Source: a virus
Taxonomy: Duplodnaviria > Caudoviricetes
Reading direction: 5' to 3' (one strand)
DNA length: 64,000 nt
IMG/VR virus record: IMGVR_UViG_2767802041_000001
Span: 21,082 to 85,081 of that record
How positions within the stretch are numbered: the first letter of the stretch is position 1; each line of letters starts with the position of its first letter. The translations under genes and the position numbers were made by a program. Under the pieces are notes generated by a model, which had not been told where the DNA came from, ran no database searches, and worked only from the letters and a program-made list of their open reading frames with translations. This document shows, piece by piece, positions 1 to 8,973 of the stretch.

Positions 1-1
1 C

Positions 2-196
2 GACGGCGCCACGCCCGAACACTTCGAGCTTTACGAGCAGCCCGAGCCCCACGACCCGCAAGACCGCGTCATCAAGATGCGCGGCCCCGTCGTCTTCTGC
101 GCCCGCTTCGACAGCCTGAGCTTCACCCACGCGGACACCATCAGAGCCGCGCACGAACAGGCCCTCAAGCGCCTCCAGACCAAGGGCTGGATCTAG
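2..196 (+). CDS. 3' end of hypothetical protein (5'-truncated by window)
   Basis: Open frame with GC-rich third positions, DGATPEHF...LQTKGWI, ending TAG 194-196 and followed by a hairpin. Confidence 0.6.
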   Translation, partial: DGATPEHFELYEQPEPHDPQDRVIKMRGPVVFCARFDSLSFTHADTIRAAHEQALKRLQTKGWI

Positions 197-211
197 AAGC
201 CGAATCCGACA

Positions 212-242
212 GGCCCCCGCCCGCACACCGGTCGGGGGCTTC
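212..242. terminator. hairpin between convergent genes, probable bidirectional terminator
   Basis: GCCCCCG...CGGGGGC stem between stop codons at 196 and 249. Confidence 0.5.
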
Positions 243-248
243 GGTACG

Positions 249-959
249 TCAGGGGGCCTTCTCCACCGTCGCCGTGTCGATCCACCGGGCAAGGATGCTG
301 AACGCGGCCAACTGCTCCAGCGCCTCGTTCTCCTCCAACTCGTCACCGGCCTCGTGCGCGATCGGGTTCCGAATGCCCGCGTACACACCGCGGGCGAACG
401 CCGCCGCACCGTCGTGCCGGCTACGCCACGTGTCGCTGTCCTCCTTCGGCGCCAGACGCAGCCGCGGCTTCCCCGGCTCAGGATCCTTCGTGCTGAACGC
501 GTCCCCGAGGAGCTTCGACTCCGACAGATCCTTCCTGCCGACCTTCGCCTGCGCCTGGGCGTTCACCGCGACCGCAGCCATCCCTACGGCCTGCCGGTAG
601 TGGCCGCTCCCCCATAGGCCCTGCACGCTCCCCCACACCCACGGATGCAGAGTCGACGCGTCCAACTGCGGTGCGCCAGAGCCGAGGTTCTCGGCCAGCT
701 CCTGCTCGGCCCGCAACTGAGCGATTGCTCTAGTCGAAGCTTCCAGCTCCCGCCAGTAGCGATACGAGTTCTTCGGCCAGGCCGCCGTTCGCCAGGTCGG
801 CACCACTCTGTCGAGGATGTGTTCAACTACTTGCGCCTCCCCCTGGACATTCGCAATGGGGTAATTTCTTCTCCACGCAGACCCGGTCCAGGTGACGGAC
901 GCAGTGCGTATGAAGCTCTCAAGCTTCTCGATGGCCCATTCGTGGTTGATCTGAGTCAT
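249..959 (-). CDS. TIGR02391/Ymh-family HEPN-like protein (putative defence/Abi effector)
   Basis: LHPWVW...GHYRQAV...GIRNPIAHE...ALEQLAAFS pattern with an RxxxxH motif; ATG at 959 (MTQINHEW). Confidence 0.7.
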   Translation of the reverse strand: MTQINHEWAIEKLESFIRTASVTWTGSAWRRNYPIANVQGEAQVVEHILDRVVPTWRTAAWPKNSYRYWRELEASTRAIAQLRAEQELAENLGSGAPQLDASTLHPWVWGSVQGLWGSGHYRQAVGMAAVAVNAQAQAKVGRKDLSESKLLGDAFSTKDPEPGKPRLRLAPKEDSDTWRSRHDGAAAFARGVYAGIRNPIAHEAGDELEENEALEQLAAFSILARWIDTATVEKAP

Positions 960-1124
960 AGGCGCATGATGCTCGCCCGCTCCGACATCGAGCGATAATT
1001 CCTCGGCCTCGCATCGGCGTGTCGCGCGTGCCCTGCCCGGTTCGGGTGGGGGGTGACGTGTTTCCGCCCGCTTGTCAGCCCCCGGTGCCACAGTGGACAC
1101 AACCCCCGCACCGAGGAGCATGCC

Positions 1125-1394
1125 GTGGACCAGGACCCCGCACCGCAGTCGGCCGGACGCTGCACCGCCGCGCACATTGAGGACCCCACCCCCTGCCAGG
1201 GCCCGTACGACGCCGTCACCGTCCTCGACGGGACCGGGAACGTGGCCACCGGGTGCGAGCACCACGGGGCGCGCACGCTCGCCTCCGTGGAGGGGGCCTG
1301 TGTTGAGCCGGGCAGCGTCGTAGGGGCGGCCAGCCGGGCGTACGCGGCGTCCAGGGCGATCAGACCGTTCCGGCCGGCGGACACCAACGCGTAG
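1125..1394 (+). CDS. small Cys/His-containing hypothetical protein
   Basis: GAGGAG RBS then GTG; RCTAAHIEDPTPC...GCEHHGARTLAS. Confidence 0.55.
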   Translation: MDQDPAPQSAGRCTAAHIEDPTPCQGPYDAVTVLDGTGNVATGCEHHGARTLASVEGACVEPGSVVGAASRAYAASRAIRPFRPADTNA

Positions 1395-1477
1395 GCGTAC
1401 CGCGGGATTGCCGCAGTGCTGAGCCCCTGACCGGTGTGGTCGGGGGCTTCGTCATACCCGGACACCGATCCCAGATT

Positions 1478-1510
1478 CGTATGGCTATGCAATACGTTTC
1501 GCGGTATTAT
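1478..1510 (+). promoter_or_regulatory. operator palindrome overlapping a sigma70-like promoter
   Basis: CGTATGGC-TAT-GCAATACG (1478-1496); TGGCTA-17bp-TATTAT. Confidence 0.7.
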
Positions 1511-1624
1511 GGTGCATCACCTCGCGGGAGCGGCGGGATGGTTGGCCGGATTTGGGCTGACCCTGGAAGAGCCCCCTCCCCCGGGCCCCGAACGCCCAGC
1601 GAGCCCACGCCACCTGGAGCCCTG

Positions 1625-2058
1625 ATGCCCACCTCACCCACCCCCGCCGACCGCCCCACCGAGGAGCTGGCCGCCACGATCGAGACCGTGCTGCGTGAGT
1701 CGCTGCCCGTCTGGTGGCAGACCCCGCCGCGCCTGGACTGGGCTGCCCTGGCGGTGGCCCGGCAGCTCCTCGGCACCAGCATGTGCCCCGAGTGCCGCGA
1801 CACGGGGGCATGCAACGGCGGCCCGACCCCGCCGTCGCGACCCGCCGCCGCGCGAGCGTCACCCGCCGCCACCCGGACGCGGAGACCCGCACCGTGCGGA
1901 AGACCACCACGTACACCGTCGAGCCGGCCGAGCCGCCCACGCACCTGCCGAAGGGCACGAACGCCGAGGACTGCCCCGCCTGCAAGGGCACCAACCCGCC
2001 GTACCCGTTCCTCTGCCCCGGCCCGCCCGCTGCCCCTGCAGCGCCCGAGGAGCCCACC
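1625..2058 (+). pseudogene. mosaic or frameshifted hypothetical gene
   Basis: RBS+ATG at 1625 reads MPTSPTP...CPECRDTGACNGGP; near 1825 the coding-like frame switches to the one encoding ...NAEDCPACKGTNPPYPFLC. Confidence 0.4.
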
Positions 2059-2322
2059 ATGACCACGCCCGTCACCGACCACCACCCCGAGCCCTGGTTC
2101 TGGGGAGCCGACACCGACCGCTGCCCCCACGGCCCCGAGCCCGAGGACGACACCACCGACGCATGGGAGCAGTGGACCGACCGGCACCCCTGGTCCCCGC
2201 AGGACGTCCGCGTCTGCCTCGACGCCCCGATGGGCGACCAGTGCGCCGAGTGCTCCGAGGAGCACGGGGAGAACGTCCCCTGGGCGGACTGCGACGAGCG
2301 CACCGCCACCCCCGCCGCCTGA
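2059..2322 (+). CDS. acidic Cys/His-rich hypothetical protein
   Basis: GAGGAG RBS, MTTPVTDHHPEPWFWG. Confidence 0.65.
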   Translation: MTTPVTDHHPEPWFWGADTDRCPHGPEPEDDTTDAWEQWTDRHPWSPQDVRVCLDAPMGDQCAECSEEHGENVPWADCDERTATPAA

Positions 2323-2386
2323 TCACCCCTGCTGTGTGGCCGCCCCACCACAGGCGGCCACACCACACCCCGGAAGGACCACCGTC

Positions 2387-2707
2387 ATGGCCGAGCCGAT
2401 CGTCACCACCACCCGCCACGAAGTCAGCATCTTCCCCCTCGATGACATCAACCGCCGCGCCTTCACCCTCTACGTCGAACGCCTCCGCTACCGCCGCCCC
2501 GGCGAAGGCGAGTGGCGTGTCATCGACGGCGTCTACGGCTACAACGAGCGCGCGCTCCCGGACACCGACGTGCGTGACGCCCCCGGCTTCGACGAGACCA
2601 CCGCCCTCGGCATCGCGAAGGAGGCCGCCCGCCACATCGTCGTCAACGGCATGTCCGCCACCGAGGTGTACGACCGCACCCGCCCCGCCCCCGAGGGGGC
2701 CCGGTGA
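2387..2707 (+). CDS. hypothetical protein
   Basis: AAGGA RBS, MAEPIVTTTRHEVSIF, strong codon bias. Confidence 0.7.
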   Translation: MAEPIVTTTRHEVSIFPLDDINRRAFTLYVERLRYRRPGEGEWRVIDGVYGYNERALPDTDVRDAPGFDETTALGIAKEAARHIVVNGMSATEVYDRTRPAPEGAR

Positions 2708-2856
2708 CCGGCCAGCCCGTCTGCCAGTGGTGCGGGCAGCCTCCCGTCGGCACACCCCGGTGGTGGGACGGGCGGCCACAGTGCGAAGACGTGTTCGCCT
2801 GCCAGCAGCGGGCCGTTGACCAGAGCGGGCACAGCGAAGGCGCGGCCGGCGTGTAG
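2704..2856 (+). CDS. 50-aa putative Zn-ribbon protein
   Basis: GTGA overlap with the upstream stop; CQWC...CEDVFAC. Confidence 0.45.
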   Translation: MTGQPVCQWCGQPPVGTPRWWDGRPQCEDVFACQQRAVDQSGHSEGAAGV

Positions 2857-3232
2857 CTCACCGGCCGCGCCTTCGACCCTGCCCCGCCCTGCCCCTGAAA
2901 GAGGGTCAGAGAAATGGCGGGAAGCCCTCTGGGCCACTTGGCGCGCTGCGATACGCCCAAGCGTTCCAATAGCTCCCCGCCACGTTCCGGACAGGTTGCG
3001 GGAATTCCCTGCTGCAAGACCGAAACCGAACACGCTTCACGGTTTGGTCGGGATTCCCACACATGCCCCACCCGCCCAGGACGCTGCGAAGATCCGCAGG
3101 CCAGCGAGGCACCAGCCCAGCATCGTAGGTAAACAGCGAGTTTTCTAGGGGAACTTTTCAGTATTAAAACCAGTGCCTACAACTAGGCTCACGGCGTGCC
3201 ACATGTCTCATACACCGGGGGAAAAGCAGAGC

Positions 3233-4069
3233 ATGAGCAAGGTAAGTAAGGGTGCCCTTCGTGAACTCCTGATGGAGCGTCGGGCGCTGATTGACCCCAA
3301 GGGACACGGCTTCATCCGCCCGACCAAACAGGGACGGCGAGCCCCCGGGCTGACACAACACCAGATCGACACGCTGACCAACCGCTCGGACGGCACGTAC
3401 CAGCGCCTGGAGTCCGGAACCTGGGCCAACCCTCCCGGCGACTACCTCCGCGACGTCGCAACCCTCCTCGGCCTCAACGAGCAGGAATGGACCAGCCTGT
3501 GCCGGTACGCGGGCATCGGCGACCCCCCAGGCCCCCTCACCCCCGAGTCCGGCAAACAAGTCCCCGGAGTGTGGCAGGAAGCCGTCGACGGCATGCTCCA
3601 CCCCGCCTACGTCACCGACGCCTCCTGGGAGCTCATAGCCCACAACCGGGAGTTCGCCCGCCTCTTCCCCGGCGGGCAGGTGCCCCGCAACACCATGCGA
3701 TGGATGGTGTTGGAGAAGGGCGGCCGGCGCATGCTCACCGACTGGCACACCGCCTGGGCCCCCCTCGTCCTCCCCCAACTCCGAGCCGCCCTCTCCACCC
3801 GCCCCGACGACCCGATCCTCCGCCAACTCGAGCAGGATGTTCTCGCCGACCCGGACTGTGCCCCCATCTGGTCCGGGGCGGTCGCCCACATCCACCCCGA
3901 TGGCGACGAGCGCCCTCTCCTCCACGCCGAGGACGGCCCCGGCTGGGTGACGATGTGCGCGGCGCAGCCGATGACCGCCCCCGGGGCCCGTCTGATCGTG
4001 CTGGTGTTCCATGCCGGGGAGTCCCGGGCGCACGCCCGCACCCCCGTCCTCCGCGCCGACTCGACCTGA
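3233..4069 (+). CDS. MmyB-family transcriptional regulator (XRE HTH plus ligand-binding PAS-like domain)
   Basis: LRELLMERRALIDP...GRRAPGLTQ...YQRLESG HTH; PAYVTDASWELIAHN...NTMRW ligand domain. Confidence 0.85.
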   Translation: MSKVSKGALRELLMERRALIDPKGHGFIRPTKQGRRAPGLTQHQIDTLTNRSDGTYQRLESGTWANPPGDYLRDVATLLGLNEQEWTSLCRYAGIGDPPGPLTPESGKQVPGVWQEAVDGMLHPAYVTDASWELIAHNREFARLFPGGQVPRNTMRWMVLEKGGRRMLTDWHTAWAPLVLPQLRAALSTRPDDPILRQLEQDVLADPDCAPIWSGAVAHIHPDGDERPLLHAEDGPGWVTMCAAQPMTAPGARLIVLVFHAGESRAHARTPVLRADST

Positions 4070-4090
4070 CGCACCAGCACGCCCCCGACC

Positions 4091-4132
4091 GAGGCCACCT
4101 GCGCGCACCACCCCCATCGCGCAGGTGGCCTC
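4091..4132 (+). terminator. perfect 15-bp stem-loop
   Basis: GAGGCCACCTGCGCG...CGCGCAGGTGGCCTC downstream of the MmyB-like gene. Confidence 0.6.
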
Positions 4133-4330
4133 CCCCATGCGCCGCCCCGCACCCGAGAGCACCCCCGCGCCCGCGGCCGCCACCCCACCGGGCGCACAGG
4201 CACCACCGGCCACAGCAACCACAAACAGACCGCCCGCCCCGTTCCCCACCCCGCTGATCAGGGGCAATACCGGCTGGCACGTGCCATATGTTGTGCAGAC
4301 CACCGCCGCCCAGGCCTGCCGGAGGATGTC

Positions 4331-5380
4331 GTGCCCGCCTACATAGCCCAACCCGTCACCGTGTTCCCTCAGCATCAGATCACCACGGCCGAGATCGCCG
4401 ACGACATCCGCCACCACCACCCCGACCACCCCAAGCTCGGTGCGATCCTCCGCATGCTCACGAACACCGGGGTCGCCACCCGGTACTTCACCCGCCCCCT
4501 GGCCGCCCCCACCGTCGCCGGCACCGCTGGGGTCGGCACCCGGGCGGCCGCAGCCTTCGGCGACGCCCTCGACCTCGCCACGGAAGCAGCCCGCCGCACC
4601 CTCACCCTTCACCGCCTGGCCCCGGTCGACGTCGACGCCATCATCACCACCCACTCCACCGGGTGGGCCGTCCCCAACCTCGACATCCACCTCATCAACT
4701 GGCTCGGGCTGCGCCCCGACGTACGGCGCATCGCACTGACCACCCTCGCCTGCGCCGGCGGCACCCACGCCCTGATTCGCGCCGTCGACATGGTCACCGC
4801 CCGCCCTGGCGCCACCGTCCTCGTCGTCGCCGCAGAGGTCATCTCCGCCGTGTACAACCACGCCGACGACGCCGTGGAGCACATGATCTACAAGGCGTTG
4901 TTCGGCGACAGCGCCGCCGCCACGATCGTCACCAGCAGCCACCGCGGCCCCGGACTGCACGTCGCCACCCCCGACGACACGTACGAGCACGTCCTCCCCG
5001 CCAGCCTCACCCGTTACAACGGAAGGGTCGACGCGACCGGGTTCCACTTCGACAGCACGAAGGACGCCCTCACCGCCGCGGACGACGTCCTCCCCGACCT
5101 GTTGAAGTGGCTCGGCCCCGAGCTCGTCGACTTCGGGGTCATTCACCCCGGATCGCAGCGCATCATCAACGACACCGCCCGCGCCCTCGGCCTCGACGCC
5201 CACGACACCCGGCACAGCACCGACACCCTTGCCGAGGAGGGCAACCTCGGCGGGCCGTCCGTGCTGCGCATCCTGGAACGCACCCATGGCAAACCCCCGA
5301 CTGCCGGGTCGCGCGGGGTGATGGTCGCCTACGGGCCCGGGTTCAACACCGCGGCAATCCGGGGAACCTGGCACGCCTGA
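4331..5380 (+). CDS. type III polyketide synthase (RppA/PhlD/germicidin synthase-like)
   Basis: Cys-His-Asn triad motifs LACAGG, IHPGS and GNLGGPS; LFGDSAAA; YGPGF; GGAGG RBS. Confidence 0.92.
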   Translation: MPAYIAQPVTVFPQHQITTAEIADDIRHHHPDHPKLGAILRMLTNTGVATRYFTRPLAAPTVAGTAGVGTRAAAAFGDALDLATEAARRTLTLHRLAPVDVDAIITTHSTGWAVPNLDIHLINWLGLRPDVRRIALTTLACAGGTHALIRAVDMVTARPGATVLVVAAEVISAVYNHADDAVEHMIYKALFGDSAAATIVTSSHRGPGLHVATPDDTYEHVLPASLTRYNGRVDATGFHFDSTKDALTAADDVLPDLLKWLGPELVDFGVIHPGSQRIINDTARALGLDAHDTRHSTDTLAEEGNLGGPSVLRILERTHGKPPTAGSRGVMVAYGPGFNTAAIRGTWHA

Positions 5381-5457
5381 CCCGCCACTGCGCCCCCGCG
5401 TCGGACCGCACCCGACCGGGGGCAACGAAACGCCTCACCGGGTCCAGCATTGGAGGT

Positions 5458-5907
5458 ATGAGCCCTTCCCCTCGCTCCAGCGAGTCCAACCTGGTCGCCC
5501 ACGCCCGCCGCGAACTCCGCATCCTCGGCGAAGACCCCGACACCATCCGCGGCCTCTGCAAGGTCGTCCAAGCGTTCGCCAACATGGGCCACAGCGGCGG
5601 CAGCGCACCCCACGCCATCGCCTACCTGGAGCGCCTCCTGCGGTTCCAGCCCCTTACCGACCTCACCGACGACCCCGCCGAGTGGATCGACCGGTACGCC
5701 GAAGGCATGACCTCGACCCCTCTCTGGCAGTCCAACCGCAACAGCGAGGCGTTCTCCACCGACGGCGGGAAGACTTACTACCTCCTGTCCGAGCAGCAGG
5801 CCGCCGGGGACATCGCCACCACCCCGCTCCACCGCTCTACCGAGCTTCCGCGAGCAGAGATGACCATCACCACCTGGCCTGATGAGGCCGCGGTGAAGGA
5901 ATCATGA
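5458..5907 (+). CDS. conserved phage hypothetical protein
   Basis: SNLVAHARREL...GHSGGSA...PLTDLTDDPAEW...WQSNR. Confidence 0.75.
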   Translation: MSPSPRSSESNLVAHARRELRILGEDPDTIRGLCKVVQAFANMGHSGGSAPHAIAYLERLLRFQPLTDLTDDPAEWIDRYAEGMTSTPLWQSNRNSEAFSTDGGKTYYLLSEQQAAGDIATTPLHRSTELPRAEMTITTWPDEAAVKES

Positions 5908-6593
5908 GCGTCGCCCCGGAACCTGACCAGTCGGGCCTGAACGACTGGTACAAGGCAGGCTGCTCCCGTGCCTGCGCCAACCAGCACACCCTCCAGTGGG
6001 GGCGCTGCGCCCACGCCGAAGTGCCCACCGACGAATCCTTCATCGTCGCCAAAACCGCCCTCGCGACCCCAGAGTCCTGGCCCTACATCTGCGGCACCCC
6101 GCGCCACACCAAGCTTCTGGACTGGCTGCGCACACACGATATCGAACCCAGCTGCGTCTCCTCCGACGATCCGCTCAGCCTCGCCACCGGATCTGACGGC
6201 ACCCGGCTGATCGAGTACACGCAGTACCTCGTCACTGCGGAAGGTCACCGGTACCTGGACCCGAAGGACCGCACGGTCGCTGCCAAGGAAACTCGTCGCG
6301 CACCTGTGAAGACCGACCCCCCGCGGCCGAAGCGCGCCGACATCACCACCCTCGCGCTCCTCCAAGCAATCCACGACCACGCCACACGCCCCGTCCCGCT
6401 CGGGAAGTACCGGTGGGAGATCCCGGGCGCCTGGTGGACGCTGTGCACGGTTTACCCGGAGAAGGTGGTCACCGCGGCGTACGTCCGGGAGGACGACCGC
6501 GGGCACCTGGAGTGCGGTGTCAGCCTCCGTACGAGCTGGCTCACCGACGAAGGGCGGGCCCGCCTTGTCGAACTGCGAGGCGCCCCGATCTGA
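5904..6593 (+). CDS. hypothetical protein
   Basis: ATGA overlap with the upstream gene; 229 aa. Confidence 0.65.
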   Translation: MSVAPEPDQSGLNDWYKAGCSRACANQHTLQWGRCAHAEVPTDESFIVAKTALATPESWPYICGTPRHTKLLDWLRTHDIEPSCVSSDDPLSLATGSDGTRLIEYTQYLVTAEGHRYLDPKDRTVAAKETRRAPVKTDPPRPKRADITTLALLQAIHDHATRPVPLGKYRWEIPGAWWTLCTVYPEKVVTAAYVREDDRGHLECGVSLRTSWLTDEGRARLVELRGAPI

Positions 6594-6608
6594 CCGGCAA
6601 GCTGCGCC

Positions 6609-7379
6609 CTACGGTGCGACACGTCCGTTGGTGTTGAACGCGGCGTGCGTGAGCGGCATCAGCCCCGCCCAGTGCGCCTCCATCAGCTCCCCCACCATCT
6701 CAATCTCCCGCTGAGGGAACGACGGGACCTTGGCATCGGGGTGGGTGGTGCGGAGCCCCAGGAAGTGCATCAGCGACCTGGCGTTGCACGTCGCGTACAT
6801 CGACGAGTACAGGCCGACCGGGAGGACCGACCGGGCGACCTCCCGGGCCACACCCGCGGCCAGCATGGCCTCGTAGGCGGCGTACGCCTCCCGGTACGCG
6901 ACCTCCATGTGCAGCCGCGTGAAGTCGTGCAGTCCAGCCGGGCCGTCCACGAACTCGTACCGCCCGGACTTTCCCTGCTGCACCAGCTTTCGGTCCTCGC
7001 CGGGCCAGTAGAACACCGGCTCCAGCTCCCGGTACCTCCCCGACTCCTCGTTGTACGACCAGCCGGCCCGGTGCCGCATGAACTCGCGGAACACGAAGAT
7101 CGGGGCGCTGATGAAGAACGTCATCGACGTGTGTTCCCAAGGTGATCCATGCCTGTCCCGCATGAGGTAGTTGATCAGCCCCCGGTCCCGGGCCGTCTGC
7201 GGGTGCTCCACCGCGGTGTGCTCCAGGTCGACCATGGCGCGGGCCGGGAAGCTCCGCTCACCCAAGGTGGACACCCGGGCCGCGAACAGCACGTCCGCGT
7301 CGGACGCGGACGCCTTCACCAGCTCCACGGTGACGTCGTCACGGAACTTCGGCTGGGCGGGCATGGGGGTGTCGGTCAC
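6609..7379 (-). CDS. thyX: flavin-dependent thymidylate synthase
   Basis: HGSPWEH, REFMRHRAGWSYNEESGRY (RHRx7S motif) and NARSLMHFLGLR; GGAG RBS plus GTG at 7379. Confidence 0.95.
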   Translation of the reverse strand: MTDTPMPAQPKFRDDVTVELVKASASDADVLFAARVSTLGERSFPARAMVDLEHTAVEHPQTARDRGLINYLMRDRHGSPWEHTSMTFFISAPIFVFREFMRHRAGWSYNEESGRYRELEPVFYWPGEDRKLVQQGKSGRYEFVDGPAGLHDFTRLHMEVAYREAYAAYEAMLAAGVAREVARSVLPVGLYSSMYATCNARSLMHFLGLRTTHPDAKVPSFPQREIEMVGELMEAHWAGLMPLTHAAFNTNGRVAP

Positions 7380-7595
7380 CAGGACTCCAGGAAAGGGAAG
7401 GGTACCGCTCGGTGACACCAATTTTACGGCGATTCGAGTCGGTATATCTCCCTGGTTCAGGCCCAGTTGCCCGACTCTGCACCGCGTTGTCAGTGCCCCG
7501 TGGCACGCTGACCTTCCGGTGGTGGTCCGCCTCGAAGCCGATGCCACCACCGGCCCACCCGCACCAAGGCGAGGACCCTTCCCATGGCACTGAAC

Positions 7596-7865
7596 TGACA
7601 CGAGGAGGTGGTCGAGGTTGGCCCGGGACCCGGGCATCCGCAGGTCGTGCCGTATCGCCCACCCCTGCGCCACCAGCGGCGCCACCATGCGGGCCGTCTC
7701 GGCTTCCCCGGCGGCACCGTGCTCCCACCGGGCCGCCACAGCGTCCGCGCGCCGCACACGGCCCGTACGCACCCCCAGGGCGGCGAGGAGACGCTGCCAC
7801 ACCCCACGACGGGCGTTCGCGCGCAGGACGGCGGCCTGGACGGCCGCACTGTTCCGAGTGGTCAC
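7596..7865 (-). pseudogene. truncated NERD-like nuclease-related gene
   Basis: WEHGAAGEAET...GWAIRHDLRMPGSRANLDHLLVS, then abrupt non-coding-like sequence. Confidence 0.6.
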
Positions 7866-8503
7866 CGGCCCGCCTCCTCGTTGAACGCCTCAACGGTGCG
7901 CACCGCAGCCCGATACCGGCGGGCCTTCGCAACGGCAGCGTCGTCCCAGCCGTGGATCCGCTGCATCTCCGCCATCGTCCCGTGCTCGCACGTCTCGTCG
8001 TGGACGTCCTCTTCGCAGTCCCAGCCGAGCAATACCGCCCACAGCCACGCGTCGACCCGGTACTCACCCCAGTCTCGGGAGCTGGTGGCCAGGAGGCGTT
8101 GCAGGCCCTCGAACATCGGGGCCAGCGTCCGCAACGTCTCCTCGGCCTGGGATGCGCGGAACGTCTGCGGGGCCCACCGCTGCATCGCAGCCCAGAACTG
8201 CTGTGCCGCCCTGTCCGGCTCGTACCCCTCCCGGTACTCCAGGGTCCCCTCCGGGCGGATCGTGACCAGTGGGCCGACACCGTCGTGGACGCTGACTGTC
8301 GGCTGCGGCCACGGCGAAGGTGCTTCGTCCGCCGAGCCCCCGAGGAGGTAGTCGATGCCCTCGACGGTGGCCCAGATGTCGTGGTGCTCGGGGTACAGCT
8401 GGTGGGCTTCGGCGCGTTCGCGGAGGACGGTTTCGGTGAGCCCGGTCGACGTGATCAACCGGGCACGCTGCTCCCGCAACTCGGCGGGCGTCTTCTCGGT
8501 CAT
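7862..8503 (-). CDS. hypothetical protein
   Basis: MTEKTPAELREQ; coupled overlaps at both ends. Confidence 0.7.
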   Translation of the reverse strand: MTEKTPAELREQRARLITSTGLTETVLRERAEAHQLYPEHHDIWATVEGIDYLLGGSADEAPSPWPQPTVSVHDGVGPLVTIRPEGTLEYREGYEPDRAAQQFWAAMQRWAPQTFRASQAEETLRTLAPMFEGLQRLLATSSRDWGEYRVDAWLWAVLLGWDCEEDVHDETCEHGTMAEMQRIHGWDDAAVAKARRYRAAVRTVEAFNEEAGR

Positions 8504-8973
8504 GAGGTGGTCTCCGTGCTGTCGAGGGCGTTGAGGGTCGGGCAGGGGTGAGGGATGAACGCCACCCACTCCTCGCTCTTGGGGCCCGTACTGCGGCGTA
8601 CCGAGCACTCACCGCACCAGACCTGCCCCATGTGCTGGACGGGCGCGTGAAGGACCGCGATGCGCTGCACCGCTGCCAGAGCCGCCTCACCCCGGGCCAA
8701 CTCGGAATTGATGCTCTGAGTCAGCGGGCTCCCGAACTGCTTCTCCATGGGCGATGGAGCCCACCGCCGCACCGCGTCCCAGAACAGGCGGGCCGCCTCG
8801 TCCGGCTCGTACCCGGGCCCGTGCTCCAGGCGCCCGTCCGGGTGGATAGTGACGAGCGGGCCATCAGCTCCGGGGATGGTGATGCTTTCTGTGGATCTGA
8901 CGTCCACGGCCGTGATCTGCATGACCTTGGTGCTATCGACGGTGACGAGGGACGGTTCAGGCTGCTCGATCAT
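8500..8973 (-). CDS. hypothetical protein
   Basis: MIEQPEPS; shares a GPLVTIxPxG..GYEPDxAA..FW segment with the downstream gene. Confidence 0.7.
   Translation of the reverse strand: MIEQPEPSLVTVDSTKVMQITAVDVRSTESITIPGADGPLVTIHPDGRLEHGPGYEPDEAARLFWDAVRRWAPSPMEKQFGSPLTQSINSELARGEAALAAVQRIAVLHAPVQHMGQVWCGECSVRRSTGPKSEEWVAFIPHPCPTLNALDSTETTS

Noticed and set aside
6609-7865. Genuine 418-aa NERD-ThyX fusion protein
   Set aside because: The linker is intergenic-like, thyX has its own RBS and a typical MTDTP start at 7379, and the NERD part is truncated.
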